Shown here one piece after another: positions 7,212 to 15,970 of a stretch of 64,000 bases of DNA. Source of the stretch: a virus; the IMG/VR virus record IMGVR_UViG_3300022213_000004. One strand, written 5' to 3'. A program made the translations under genes and the position numbers. The notes under the pieces were generated by a model, which saw nothing but the letters and a program-made list of their open reading frames with translations, did not search any database and was not told where the DNA came from. How positions within the stretch are numbered: position 1 is the stretch's first letter; each line of letters opens with the position of its first letter.

Positions 7212-7394
7212 ATGTCTGCTAAACTGATTGAGTTCGCTGCTGAAATCATTGATGAAAATCCTGCTGGTGCTCAACTGATTGTTAATTTGGTCAAAGCAGC
7301 AACTGGTGAAGAAATCCTTGAAGCACTGGATAATTATGATTCCACTGTTCTTGAGAACTACACTCAACCCGTAGAAGATACTGTTGCTGTTTGA
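7212..7394 (+). CDS. Hypothetical protein located between two tRNAs
   Basis: MSAKLIEF..KAATGEEILEAL; start moved because the longer ORF overlaps the tRNA. Confidence 0.65.
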   Translation: MSAKLIEFAAEIIDENPAGAQLIVNLVKAATGEEILEALDNYDSTVLENYTQPVEDTVAV

Positions 7395-7399
7395 TTACT

Positions 7400-7421
7400 A
7401 GGGAGCATTGCTCCCTTTTTT
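7400..7421 (+). terminator. Intrinsic terminator or processing hairpin
   Basis: AGGGAGCA/TGCTCCCT hairpin plus T run. Confidence 0.65.
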
Positions 7422-7423
7422 AT

Positions 7424-7495
7424 GGGCACATAGTTAAGCGGATATAATCTTCGCCTACGAAGCGAATGTCTCTGGTTCGATTCCAGGTGTGCCTG
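7424..7495 (+). tRNA. tRNA-Arg (ACG)
   Basis: Acceptor GGGCACA/TGTGCCT; anticodon arm TTCGC-CTACGAA-GCGAA; GGTTCGATTCC. Confidence 0.9.
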
Positions 7496-7516
7496 CTACA
7501 CTTTATTCATTCAAAA

Positions 7517-7777
7517 ATGACTATTCAACAAATTGAAAGTATTAGCTACAATCAGTCAGGTTTAGTCACAGTATCGGCAATTATTGAAGATGCTGCATTA
7601 GTTTATGAACAAACTCTTTATGATCCACCAGAATATGGACCTGCTTTATGTGAAGCGTCATTTGAATTAAGTAAAGAAGAATATATTTCAGTTCTTCCTG
7701 ATAATGACTCTGATTTGATTCAATATCTGGAAGACCTTGATTTAGATTGGATTATTATAGATACTAGCGATTACTGA
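7517..7777 (+). CDS. Acidic hypothetical protein
   Basis: QTLYDPPEYGPALCEASF; start placed after the tRNA. Confidence 0.7.
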   Translation: MTIQQIESISYNQSGLVTVSAIIEDAALVYEQTLYDPPEYGPALCEASFELSKEEYISVLPDNDSDLIQYLEDLDLDWIIIDTSDY

Positions 7778-7785
7778 GTAAAACA

Positions 7786-7929
7786 ATGAAGGATCTAACG
7801 CTAGATGAAATGCTTGAAATTGCTGCGGAAAGAGAAGCAGCAAACGAAGCACTACTAAAACAACAGCAAGAGGGTGATGCTAGGGACACTTCTTCTAGTG
7901 TCCCTACAGACCCGCACAGTGCCCTCTGA
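7786..7929 (+). CDS. Small hypothetical protein reading through palindrome copy 6
   Basis: MKDLTLDEMLEIAAEREAA.. Confidence 0.5.
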   Translation: MKDLTLDEMLEIAAEREAANEALLKQQQEGDARDTSSSVPTDPHSAL

Positions 7930-7940
7930 TGCCCTATTAT
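7882..7940 (+). promoter_or_regulatory. Palindrome/-10 promoter copy 6
   Basis: Perfect AGGGACAC-N8-GTGTCCCT, 29 bp, TATTAT. Confidence 0.78.
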
Positions 7941-7962
7941 AGTCTTATGAGACATCAAGGCA

Positions 7963-8088
7963 ATGACTACTCCAAATTGGCAACACAATTCAGGAAAGGA
8001 TAAGACTACAAAAGGAACTTGCAAGGGGAAACTCAAAGCAAGGAAACAAGCATTGCAAGCACTCAAACTAAAATTAAAAGTTAAGTAA
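7963..8088 (+). CDS. Small basic protein
   Basis: 41 aa MTTPNWQHNSGK..; TAATG coupling to the nuclease gene. Confidence 0.6.
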   Translation: MTTPNWQHNSGKDKTTKGTCKGKLKARKQALQALKLKLKVK

Positions 8089-8696
8089 TGAAATCACTTG
8101 TCACTGAACTGACTGAAAACTACAAGAAACAAGCAACCTATTGGTCTGGTTCTTTGTTTGCGGATGTTGTTAATCTTTCCACAGATTATAAGGGTAAGTG
8201 GGGAGAAGAACTTTTTCGTGATATTCTTTTGAAATATACTGATATTCCAGTTCAGTGGGACGAGGATTCTAATACATCTAACAATGATGGCGTTTATGAT
8301 TTGTTTTGGTATCTTCATAATGGTAAAAAACTTCGCATTGAAGTAAAAACTTCTGGGCGCACTGTTTCCAAAGGTGTAGCAAAAGGTTGGCAACATGAGA
8401 ATGTTTACTTCTGTGATGACAAATGGGATAAGATGGTCTTTATTGACTATGATGCAAATGATGTAATGTATATTACGATTGTTAATTACGATCAAGTAGT
8501 GACAAATGATATGATCGATCTTTCTTTGTTTGGTAAGAACGGTCACTGCCGTAAGAATGAAGATGGCAAAGCAAAGGTTGACTTTAGTATGAGGTCCATT
8601 GAGAATGGTATTGCCAAAGGAGTAACATTCAAGTATGATTTTAACAATCCTAATGATGACCTTCTTGGTTTCTTTCTTCTCAGTAAACTTGCATGA
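8088..8696 (+). CDS. PD-(D/E)xK nuclease, putative type II restriction endonuclease
   Basis: GKWGEEL..YDL..IEVKTS catalytic pattern; coupled to a methyltransferase. Confidence 0.72.
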   Translation: MKSLVTELTENYKKQATYWSGSLFADVVNLSTDYKGKWGEELFRDILLKYTDIPVQWDEDSNTSNNDGVYDLFWYLHNGKKLRIEVKTSGRTVSKGVAKGWQHENVYFCDDKWDKMVFIDYDANDVMYITIVNYDQVVTNDMIDLSLFGKNGHCRKNEDGKAKVDFSMRSIENGIAKGVTFKYDFNNPNDDLLGFFLLSKLA

Positions 8697-9775
8697 ATAA
8701 TATCTACGACTTTTTTCTTCCCATCTATAATAAGTATGGCATGTCAGTCATTTGTAATGAACTGTACGTTCACAAAGGTACAGTTCAAAGATGGATAGAG
8801 AAAAAAGAAGTACCACCACAGTATTATTTTGATCTATGTCGTATATCTGGAACTAAAATAGACTATTCTCAGTATAATGAGAAAGACAAAGATCAATTCT
8901 TTACCTGTAATGAGACAGCAAAGTATTGCTACAATAAAGCAATCAAAATTATATCATCATTTTGTAATTTTGAAGACTATACTATTATTGAACCATCTGC
9001 TGGAGATGGAAGTTTTTACAATCTTTTTCCTACAAATAAAAGAATCGGAATTGATATTGAACCAAGATGTGATGGGATAATTCAATCTGACTTTTTGGCA
9101 TGGAAACCTAATGGAAATAAAAATATCTGTATTGGCAATCCTCCATTTGGATTAAGAGGAAACCTTGCTCTAAAGTTTATCAATTATGCAGCAGAGTTTT
9201 CTGATTTTGTATGTTTTATTCTACCCAAATTATTTGATAGCAACGGCAAAGGAAGTTGTAAATCTAGGGTAAAAGGATTAAATTTAATATATTCAGAAGT
9301 AATTGATAGTGATTTTTATTATCCAAAAGGAAAGGAAGTTAAAGTAAACGTAGTTTTTCAAATTTGGTCTAAACACCATAAAGTATCTGAAGATAATATT
9401 GACTTAACTGATATTGTTAAACTTTATTCTTTGTCTGATGGAGGAACACCATCAAGCACTAGAAATAAGAAACATTTGTATAGTTGTGACTATTATCTTC
9501 CTTCGACTTGTTTCGGTAAAGAAACAATGAAAGTTTATGATAATTTTGAATCACTGCCCCATAGAAGAGGATATGGAATTGTAATACAAAATCATAAACA
9601 ATTACTTGATGAGATAATTAATACTATTGATTGGTCTTCAGTAGCATTTGAATCAACAAACGGTGCCTATAATCTTAGGTTTGATTTGATTGGAAGAAGT
9701 ATTTGGAATCATCTTCCCGATGAAGCAAAGAGACCAAAAATGAATATAGAAGATTACATCATGTGCCAGTCGTAG
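8693..9775 (+). CDS. N6-adenine DNA methyltransferase with N-terminal HTH-like domain
   Basis: DQFFT (motif X), IEPSAGDGSF (motif I), IGNPPFG (motif IV); N-terminal ELYVHKGTVQRW. Confidence 0.88.
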   Translation: MNNIYDFFLPIYNKYGMSVICNELYVHKGTVQRWIEKKEVPPQYYFDLCRISGTKIDYSQYNEKDKDQFFTCNETAKYCYNKAIKIISSFCNFEDYTIIEPSAGDGSFYNLFPTNKRIGIDIEPRCDGIIQSDFLAWKPNGNKNICIGNPPFGLRGNLALKFINYAAEFSDFVCFILPKLFDSNGKGSCKSRVKGLNLIYSEVIDSDFYYPKGKEVKVNVVFQIWSKHHKVSEDNIDLTDIVKLYSLSDGGTPSSTRNKKHLYSCDYYLPSTCFGKETMKVYDNFESLPHRRGYGIVIQNHKQLLDEIINTIDWSSVAFESTNGAYNLRFDLIGRSIWNHLPDEAKRPKMNIEDYIMCQS

Positions 9776-9820
9776 CACCGTCCATAACACCTCTCAGAGA
9801 CTCACCTGATGCCCTATAAT
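9762..9820 (+). promoter_or_regulatory. Palindrome/-10 promoter copy 7
   Basis: TGTGCCAG-N8-CCGTCCAT, 29 bp, TATAAT. Confidence 0.75.
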
Positions 9821-9826
9821 AGGGAT

Positions 9827-10234
9827 ATGAACAACACCACTCTTATGAAAGAACAAGTCCTCGATCTAATCCAACAGTATTGTGATGTTCTTCGTACTAA
9901 TTTCCAAACTTATTCAATTAAACAGCACCATAATAAAATTGAACTTGGTGAAAATGTAGAGTATCATCAAAAACAGATTGATAAACTATGTGAAGGAGAA
10001 GGTCTATACAGATACTACTTTGAAAAAGGTAGGAAGTATGCACGAATCATAATGCAAACGCCAGAAGGACAGAGAAGTGCTCACGCATTTGTAGATATGA
10101 ATACTGCCGATGTGTATAAGGCAGCATCTTGGAAGGGTCCAGCAAAAGGTATTCGTTACAATCTCCTTGATGATAAGTCAAAGGAAGAAATGTATAAACG
10201 TGCTGATTGGGCAGGAGCACATCTATACGCCTGA
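9827..10234 (+). CDS. Conserved-type phage hypothetical protein
   Basis: GRKYARI..SAHAFVD..DVYKAASWKGPAKGIRYNLLD. Confidence 0.75.
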   Translation: MNNTTLMKEQVLDLIQQYCDVLRTNFQTYSIKQHHNKIELGENVEYHQKQIDKLCEGEGLYRYYFEKGRKYARIIMQTPEGQRSAHAFVDMNTADVYKAASWKGPAKGIRYNLLDDKSKEEMYKRADWAGAHLYA

Positions 10235-10291
10235 GGACACTTGCGGAACCGTCCATAACACCCCCCACAGTGCCCTTTTATCCCCTATAAT
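10233..10291 (+). promoter_or_regulatory. Palindrome/-10 promoter copy 8
   Basis: GAGGACAC-N8-CCGTCCAT, 29 bp, TATAAT. Confidence 0.75.
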
Positions 10292-10312
10292 ACAGAGACA
10301 CAAGCAAAGGAA

Positions 10313-10462
10313 ATGACCCCAACTTCACTGTCTTTTGAAGAATTAGATGCAATTCTTGCACTTATTGAGTTTCACGATGATTGGGACGAAGTGAGTGAAA
10401 TTGTAGGTACAGATGTACCTGCACTGTATGAAAAACTTTCTGAAATGAGGGATGAAGTCTGA
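10313..10462 (+). CDS. Small acidic protein
   Basis: 49 aa MTPTSLSFEELDAIL..; AAGGA RBS. Confidence 0.6.
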   Translation: MTPTSLSFEELDAILALIEFHDDWDEVSEIVGTDVPALYEKLSEMRDEV

Positions 10463-10713
10463 TGATTGTTTCTGAGGTATTCTATTACACTACTTCCCGT
10501 TGGGATTGGATTGAAGGTAATGTGAATCAGATGTGGATTCAAGAGATTGAGGAATCTCCTGATTGCTACAGATACGTTGCTGTTGCTTACAATCCTCGTA
10601 AGGATGTAGGTATAGTAATGTCTGAACCTCGTTGCTATGCTGATACTCTTCAATGGGTTCGTAGTTGGTGCAATTCTTTCTGCATCCTTCCTGAGTTCTC
10701 TGTTGCTGTTTGA
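10462..10713 (+). CDS. Hypothetical protein
   Basis: 83 aa, TGATG-coupled. Confidence 0.65.
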   Translation: MIVSEVFYYTTSRWDWIEGNVNQMWIQEIEESPDCYRYVAVAYNPRKDVGIVMSEPRCYADTLQWVRSWCNSFCILPEFSVAV

Positions 10714-10719
10714 TTGGTT

Positions 10720-10902
10720 ATGACTTACACCCAACAAATTAACGTTTTAATTGCACAAACTCTTGAGAAGTTGCAAGAGTTAAATCCAGAACGTTATGGT
10801 GTTTGGTATAGTAAACTGTATCCTCCTTTTGGTGATAAAGAGAACTGGAATGTAAAGACACTCCACACACTTGAACAACTGTTGATTGATTACGCTAACT
10901 GA
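10720..10902 (+). CDS. Hypothetical protein
   Basis: ORF in operon. Confidence 0.6.
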   Translation: MTYTQQINVLIAQTLEKLQELNPERYGVWYSKLYPPFGDKENWNVKTLHTLEQLLIDYAN

Positions 10903-10904
10903 TT

Positions 10905-11210
10905 ATGACCATCAACTTCACCCGTTTGTCTGTTGGTATCTACGAAGTCCAGAAGGATTCTAATACAGTTGGTTTTATTCGTAAAGCAACTGCATCAAAG
11001 TGGATTGTTGCTGATGTTGTAGATACTCCTCAACACGTTACAAAGACTCTCAAAGATGCAAAGAATGCTTGTATCAATCTAATCATCTTTGATGAAGTAG
11101 TTGACAAGGTAGAAGAAAGTAAGTATAATACCTTTGTTGAGGTTGATAGGAATAGTGTAGAAACTTCTAAGGTATTCAAAGAACCTACTCTAGACCCTAT
11201 TGTGTTCTAA
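10905..11210 (+). CDS. Hypothetical protein
   Basis: 101 aa ORF. Confidence 0.6.
   Translation: MTINFTRLSVGIYEVQKDSNTVGFIRKATASKWIVADVVDTPQHVTKTLKDAKNACINLIIFDEVVDKVEESKYNTFVEVDRNSVETSKVFKEPTLDPIVF
11101..11129 (+). promoter_or_regulatory. Consensus sigma70 promoter (intragenic) upstream of helicase
   Basis: TTGACA-17-TATAAT. Confidence 0.75.
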
Positions 11211-11268
11211 GGGACACTTGTGGAACCGTCCAGCATCTCTCCCAAACTCACGGGAGGGGTGCTATACT
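11210..11268 (+). promoter_or_regulatory. Palindrome/-10 promoter copy 9
   Basis: AGGGACAC-N8-CCGTCCAG, 29 bp, TGC-TATACT. Confidence 0.75.
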
Positions 11269-11288
11269 GTATGAATACAAATTGATTG

Positions 11289-12524
11289 ATGATGCAACTC
11301 TATCCCTACCAGCAACGTGCTCTTAATGCTATTCAAAAAGCAATTAAGGGAACTTGTTATCTTCCTACTGGTGCAGGTAAAACAGTAGTGATGATGGAGG
11401 ATACGCGTCAGAGGATTCTTAATGCAAAAGAACCAATGACGTTTGTTGTAGTTGCTCCTCGTATTCTTCTTGCAAATCAACTCTGTTCTGAGTTTGAAGA
11501 ATACCTTAAGGGTCATAATGTTTCTTATATGCACGTTCATAGTGGAGAAACTACTCATCAATCCTCTACACGTCCTTCAGTGATTGCAGAGTACAATGAT
11601 ACTGCAATCGGAAGTGGTAAGCATCATATTATCTTCACCACTTACAATTCTATTCATCGGGTAAATGAAGCAGATATTAACATTGATGTAGTTTTCTTTG
11701 ATGAAGCGCATCACTGTGTGAAACCTTCTAACTTTGTGGGTATTGCTCACACTTCAGCAGTTGCAGATAATGCCTATTTTTTCACTGCAACTCCGAAGTT
11801 CAATAACAGCAAGGAGTCGATGAACAATACTGATGTGTATGGCAACAACATCATCAGTATTCCTGCAAAAGAACTGATTGAGGCAGGTAGTATCATTCCT
11901 CCTCGGGTTGTGCCTTATGAAGCAGAGACCATCCGCACTAAGGAAAATGCTCCTTTTGTAGATGCAGAGAACATTGTAGGTATTCTCTCTCAGATTTCTG
12001 ATTGTGATGCTCCTAAAGTTCTTGTTGCTGCACCTAGCACCAAAGTAATCTGGGCAATGTTTACTGAGAGTGATTTGCTTCAACAACTCAATGAGATGGG
12101 TTATACCATTATGCACATCACTTCTAAACACGGTGCATACATTGATAAGAAGAAAGTATCCCGTGAGGTATTCTTTGATACGATGAATGAGTTTGGTGCT
12201 GACCCAGACAAGAAGTTCATTGTGTTTCATTATTCTATTATGAGTGAGGGTATTAGTATTCACGGTCTGACGCATTGTATTATGCTTCGCAATCTTCCTT
12301 TGATTGAAATGGCACAGACTGTGGGTAGAATTATTCGCGTTCATAAAGATGATCGTAAAGCACTCCAGGATGGAACTATGAAACCCGGACAATTTGCTTT
12401 CTATAAGAAACCCTTTGGTACGATTACTATTCCTGTCAACAACAACTATGGTGATAAGATTGCCCGACAACTTCAAAATGTGATTGATACCATCTTTGTG
12501 AAAGGAGAGGTGCTTGCTGCATAA
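11289..12524 (+). CDS. Superfamily 2 (DEAH, ResIII-like) helicase
   Basis: LYPYQ Q-motif, PTGAGKT, DEAHH, TATP, QTVGRIIR. Confidence 0.92.
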   Translation: MMQLYPYQQRALNAIQKAIKGTCYLPTGAGKTVVMMEDTRQRILNAKEPMTFVVVAPRILLANQLCSEFEEYLKGHNVSYMHVHSGETTHQSSTRPSVIAEYNDTAIGSGKHHIIFTTYNSIHRVNEADINIDVVFFDEAHHCVKPSNFVGIAHTSAVADNAYFFTATPKFNNSKESMNNTDVYGNNIISIPAKELIEAGSIIPPRVVPYEAETIRTKENAPFVDAENIVGILSQISDCDAPKVLVAAPSTKVIWAMFTESDLLQQLNEMGYTIMHITSKHGAYIDKKKVSREVFFDTMNEFGADPDKKFIVFHYSIMSEGISIHGLTHCIMLRNLPLIEMAQTVGRIIRVHKDDRKALQDGTMKPGQFAFYKKPFGTITIPVNNNYGDKIARQLQNVIDTIFVKGEVLAA

Positions 12525-12550
12525 ATCACTATACTCTTTAATTGAATATA

Positions 12551-12715
12551 ATGCCTTTCACAAAAAAGTTTCCTAATTCAGGTGAAACAAAGCACATTAG
12601 AGTTCCAGTTGTTTATGCTGATCTAGTATTAGAACTTATGGAACTCTTTGAAAGTAAATTTGAATCAGAGAAGGGAAAACATCTGCTGAAGAAATATATA
12701 AGCAATCTTAGTTGA
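12551..12715 (+). CDS. Small putative ribbon-helix-helix DNA-binding protein
   Basis: 54 aa; SGETKHIRVPVVYADLVLELME strand-helix pattern. Confidence 0.5.
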   Translation: MPFTKKFPNSGETKHIRVPVVYADLVLELMELFESKFESEKGKHLLKKYISNLS

Positions 12716-12729
12716 GTTTCAGTTGAGAC

Positions 12730-12787
12730 TGTGCCACTTGTACTGGTGGCACAGTAAAAGAGCACAGTGCCCTGGTTGTGGTATAGT
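12730..12787 (+). promoter_or_regulatory. Palindrome/-10 promoter copy 10
   Basis: Perfect TGTGCCAC-TTGTACTG-GTGGCACA, 28 bp, TGG-TATAGT. Confidence 0.8.
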
Positions 12788-12811
12788 AGTTCTATGGTTG
12801 AGGAAGACCCA

Positions 12812-12979
12812 ATGACTTACGTTCCACACATTCCACACGACATTCCTTATTTGCTTGTTCCTGAGAACCGAGTGAACAATGCTTTTGGTTGGTATCAAAG
12901 AAAGCAAGACCATCCAATGAACTTTCCTGCTTATGCTTATTGGATTCAAAAGTGTGAAAATGATGGGAGTGATTACTGA
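12812..12979 (+). CDS. Hypothetical protein
   Basis: ATG after GAGGA RBS. Confidence 0.6.
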   Translation: MTYVPHIPHDIPYLLVPENRVNNAFGWYQRKQDHPMNFPAYAYWIQKCENDGSDY

Positions 12980-12982
12980 ATA

Positions 12983-13177
12983 ATGAACAACACCAACACA
13001 ATGCTCAATAAAGTTCTGATGACTGAAGAATTGCTCAACGAAAAGCAACTCACTGCTCTTCGTGATATGCTTTATGTGTATAAAGATCTTCAAAGTGAGG
13101 TTCATAACTATCCCCCTGAAGATACCCTCTTCACTCAAACTCAATTTGAAATCTTTGACATTTTCGACATCAAATGA
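12983..13177 (+). CDS. Hypothetical protein
   Basis: Coupled ORF. Confidence 0.6.
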   Translation: MNNTNTMLNKVLMTEELLNEKQLTALRDMLYVYKDLQSEVHNYPPEDTLFTQTQFEIFDIFDIK

Positions 13178-13380
13178 CTTTTGCTGAAACACTTATTTCC
13201 GAAGGTTATGTCTTTGATGATGAAGATTATGATGGTTGTTATGTAAAACAAGATCTTGATGGCATTATTCATTGCTACCAAGAGGGCGAGGATGAAAATG
13301 ATTGGAACTATGTTCAATTCTCACCTTCATTTGATGTTCTAAAAGAATACACAGTTTCTATTCCTAATTCTGCACAATGA
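13174..13380 (+). CDS. Acidic hypothetical protein
   Basis: Coupled ORF, D/E rich. Confidence 0.6.
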   Translation: MTFAETLISEGYVFDDEDYDGCYVKQDLDGIIHCYQEGEDENDWNYVQFSPSFDVLKEYTVSIPNSAQ

Positions 13381-13583
13381 CGCAAGTTTCTTTTACCTCT
13401 GGTGAGTTGCTGGACATTATCTCTACACTTGAAGAGAAAGAAAATGCTCTCTATGATGCAGATGATAAACATCTTGCTGCTTATTACATGAATCTTGGAA
13501 ATCAATTCCAAAAGATTTACGATAAACTCCAAGAGTTTGTTCCTGAAAACCGAGTTGCTAATCTTGTCCTTGCTGTGAATTGA
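13377..13583 (+). CDS. Hypothetical protein
   Basis: Coupled ORF. Confidence 0.6.
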   Translation: MTQVSFTSGELLDIISTLEEKENALYDADDKHLAAYYMNLGNQFQKIYDKLQEFVPENRVANLVLAVN

Positions 13584-13771
13584 TGACTATGAAACCTAGA
13601 TTCCGTGCTGTATTAGAAATGGCAATCGAGGAAGGTGTTAGGTTCGGATACAACCGTGCTTTCAAGCATAATCCAGAACCACACATTGATGCTATTACTG
13701 ATAGCATCGTGACCGAAATCTTTAATTCACTTGACACTTGGTTTGAGGATGTAAATGATGTTGAAAACTAA
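13583..13771 (+). CDS. Hypothetical protein
   Basis: AIEEGVRFGYNRAFKH. Confidence 0.65.
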   Translation: MTMKPRFRAVLEMAIEEGVRFGYNRAFKHNPEPHIDAITDSIVTEIFNSLDTWFEDVNDVEN

Positions 13772-13772
13772 A

Positions 13773-14165
13773 ATGAATCCCGAAGTTAAGCAAAAGTGGA
13801 TTGATGCTCTGCGTTCTGGTGAATACGAGCAAGGCAGTGAGAAACTCCGCAGTGTGAGTGGTTATTGTTGTCTTGGTGTTCTTTGCGACATTTATGCAAA
13901 GGAAACCAATACTGAGTGGGAGTTCCGAGGTAATGAAGAAACTAATCTTCAACCAATGGACTATTGGTATTTTGATGACCAGAGTGAGTTTCTGCCTGAA
14001 TCAGTAATGGATTGGGCAGGTCTTAGTCTTAATTGTCTTGTGGTGAAAATTGATGTTGAAGAAGATGATGAAGACCCTTGGTTTTATAATGAGGGACTTG
14101 CAGAACTGAACGATTCAGGTTATACTTTCAATGACCTTTCTAAACTAATTGAAGCGCAACTGTGA
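13773..14165 (+). CDS. Conserved-type phage protein
   Basis: KWIDALRSGEYEQG..YCCLGVLCD..LAELNDSGYTF. Confidence 0.75.
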   Translation: MNPEVKQKWIDALRSGEYEQGSEKLRSVSGYCCLGVLCDIYAKETNTEWEFRGNEETNLQPMDYWYFDDQSEFLPESVMDWAGLSLNCLVVKIDVEEDDEDPWFYNEGLAELNDSGYTFNDLSKLIEAQL

Positions 14166-14183
14166 GTGAGTCTAGTGTTGAGA

Positions 14184-14241
14184 TGTGCCACTTGTAGTAG
14201 TGGCACACTAAATGAGCACAGACCCCAAAGTGTGGTATTGT
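14184..14241 (+). promoter_or_regulatory. Palindrome/-10 promoter copy 11
   Basis: Perfect TGTGCCAC-N8-GTGGCACA, 28 bp, TGG-TATTGT. Confidence 0.8.
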
Positions 14242-14294
14242 ATATGGGTGGTGAGGGACGGACCTGATCCACCAGTTCTCTATTCTCTACAACA

Positions 14295-14624
14295 ATGCAA
14301 CTGACTAATTCTTTTCCTCCTGTGGACGCAATGGTAAAGAAAATCCAAGAGTTTGATTATGTGAAGTTTTGTGATAATGTAGTTGAGTTTTCTGCCACTG
14401 CTTATGCCATTGTAGTTGGTGTGTTCTCCTATGTTTGGACTGCATTTCAACTGTGGTGGGATGATAATGGTGAAGCAACGCAAGTTAATCTCATTCGCTT
14501 TGTTGTGAATGTAATTGACTTCATCGCTGCGATTGTGATTGCTACTCCCAAAGTTTATCGTTGGGTGAAACTGAATAGCAATCGCTTGGTTGATGCTCTG
14601 TTCTTCCAATACACTTTCGCTTGA
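14295..14624 (+). CDS. Hypothetical membrane protein
   Basis: 109 aa with hydrophobic segments. Confidence 0.65.
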   Translation: MQLTNSFPPVDAMVKKIQEFDYVKFCDNVVEFSATAYAIVVGVFSYVWTAFQLWWDDNGEATQVNLIRFVVNVIDFIAAIVIATPKVYRWVKLNSNRLVDALFFQYTFA

Positions 14625-14770
14625 TGATGACACAAACTCAATGGGATGATCTTTACATCAAACTCTACGAAGCGTATGAGTTTGTGTCACTGAAAGATGA
14701 GCAAGTTCGCTCTACTCTTGGTGATGCACTTGACCGACTGATTGACATTAACCCTCGCAACAAAAACTGA
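14624..14770 (+). CDS. Small hypothetical protein
   Basis: 48 aa MMTQTQWDDLYIKLYEAY.. Confidence 0.55.
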   Translation: MMTQTQWDDLYIKLYEAYEFVSLKDEQVRSTLGDALDRLIDINPRNKN

Positions 14771-14772
14771 TT

Positions 14773-15054
14773 ATGTTCCGCACACTTTCTGAACTTCGTG
14801 ACTCTATCAACCGTATGATTGAGAGTCAAGGTGAGAACGCTCCCTGTGCTGCGTTTGTATTCACTCAACACGATGTCTTTGAGTTCAATGAGGAAACTAA
14901 TCAAGAGGACTATTTCTCTACACTTTTCACTCAAGATGTGCTCGCTGATGTAGGTGGTTCTTCCTACATTTACGAACAGGTTGGTGAGATGATTGATGAA
15001 GCAATTCGTCTCCGTAAGGGTATGGAAATCTATCAGGATTCTGTGAAATTTTGA
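14773..15054 (+). CDS. Hypothetical protein
   Basis: 93 aa ORF. Confidence 0.65.
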   Translation: MFRTLSELRDSINRMIESQGENAPCAAFVFTQHDVFEFNEETNQEDYFSTLFTQDVLADVGGSSYIYEQVGEMIDEAIRLRKGMEIYQDSVKF

Positions 15055-15060
15055 CGCTGA

Positions 15061-15120
15061 TGTGCCACTAATCCTTGTGGCACAATACACTCCCCAAACC
15101 CCCTCTGGGGGTGCTACAAT
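15061..15120 (+). promoter_or_regulatory. Palindrome/-10 promoter copy 12
   Basis: Perfect TGTGCCAC-N8-GTGGCACA, 30 bp, TGC-TACAAT. Confidence 0.8.
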
Positions 15121-15147
15121 TACGAAGTAATCAAGGTTAAACACCAA

Positions 15148-15543
15148 ATGACTGCAACTCAAATCCAACTGAAAGTTGAAACTGAAGACTTCATCACTCA
15201 TCTTCTTGAAGAAAACTATGGTGATGAAGACATTTATGAGTTCATCAACGAGCACGGTGAAGATAACTTTGTTGAGTACTACGAGCAATATGTAGAACTC
15301 GGTGAAGAGAACTCCTACGGTGCAGTTGATGCTTTCATTGCTGAGTTTTCTCTGCAAGATCTTGACAACTTTGAAGATGCTTATCGCGGTGAATGGAGTT
15401 CTAAAAGTGAGTATGCAGAAAACTTTGTAACTGATTGTTATACTACCAATCTGCCTGGTTTTGTTGAGATTGATTGGGAAGCAACTTTCGACAATATGGA
15501 TTGTGTTTATGTCGATGGATTTGTGTTCGATACTCAATTCTGA
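15148..15543 (+). CDS. ArdA-like antirestriction / DNA-mimic protein
   Basis: Very acidic; FEDAYRGEW.S..EYAE..LP.FVEIDWEA..D..GFVF resembles the ArdA C-terminal domains. Confidence 0.65.
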   Translation: MTATQIQLKVETEDFITHLLEENYGDEDIYEFINEHGEDNFVEYYEQYVELGEENSYGAVDAFIAEFSLQDLDNFEDAYRGEWSSKSEYAENFVTDCYTTNLPGFVEIDWEATFDNMDCVYVDGFVFDTQF

Positions 15544-15587
15544 TACATTAGTTTCTCAACTCCAATTCACTTCGATTTAATCACTCA

Positions 15588-15836
15588 ATGAAACTTCAAT
15601 CTAAAGATGGAAATATGGTGGTGGATTTCTACCCCATCAAAACTCCGATGGGTGATGTATCTAAAGAGTGGTTCTTGAAGACTTTGACATTTATGGGTAA
15701 AAGTCAATCCAAGAAGTTTCTCAACCGAGTTGAAATGAATCTTGAGGTTCAAGAGTATCTCAATCACACTATTCCGTATGAAGTTGTGGACTTCAATACG
15801 ATTCCTCAACTTACCAATCCTTTCGCTGAGGTTTGA
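15588..15836 (+). CDS. Hypothetical protein
   Basis: 82 aa ORF. Confidence 0.65.
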   Translation: MKLQSKDGNMVVDFYPIKTPMGDVSKEWFLKTLTFMGKSQSKKFLNRVEMNLEVQEYLNHTIPYEVVDFNTIPQLTNPFAEV

Positions 15837-15970
15837 TGATTACTTTGGTAATTGGTGGAGTTATTCTTTCCACCTTTGCAACAATGTTTTATCTTGAAGA
15901 TAGAGATGGTGGTGGTCTTTATGATCCCGACCCATCTGCATCTTATCGACACAAAAAATCAAACAAATGA
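15836..15970 (+). CDS. Small membrane protein
   Basis: 44 aa MITLVIGGVILSTFATMFY..; coupled on both sides. Confidence 0.5.
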   Translation: MITLVIGGVILSTFATMFYLEDRDGGGLYDPDPSASYRHKKSNK

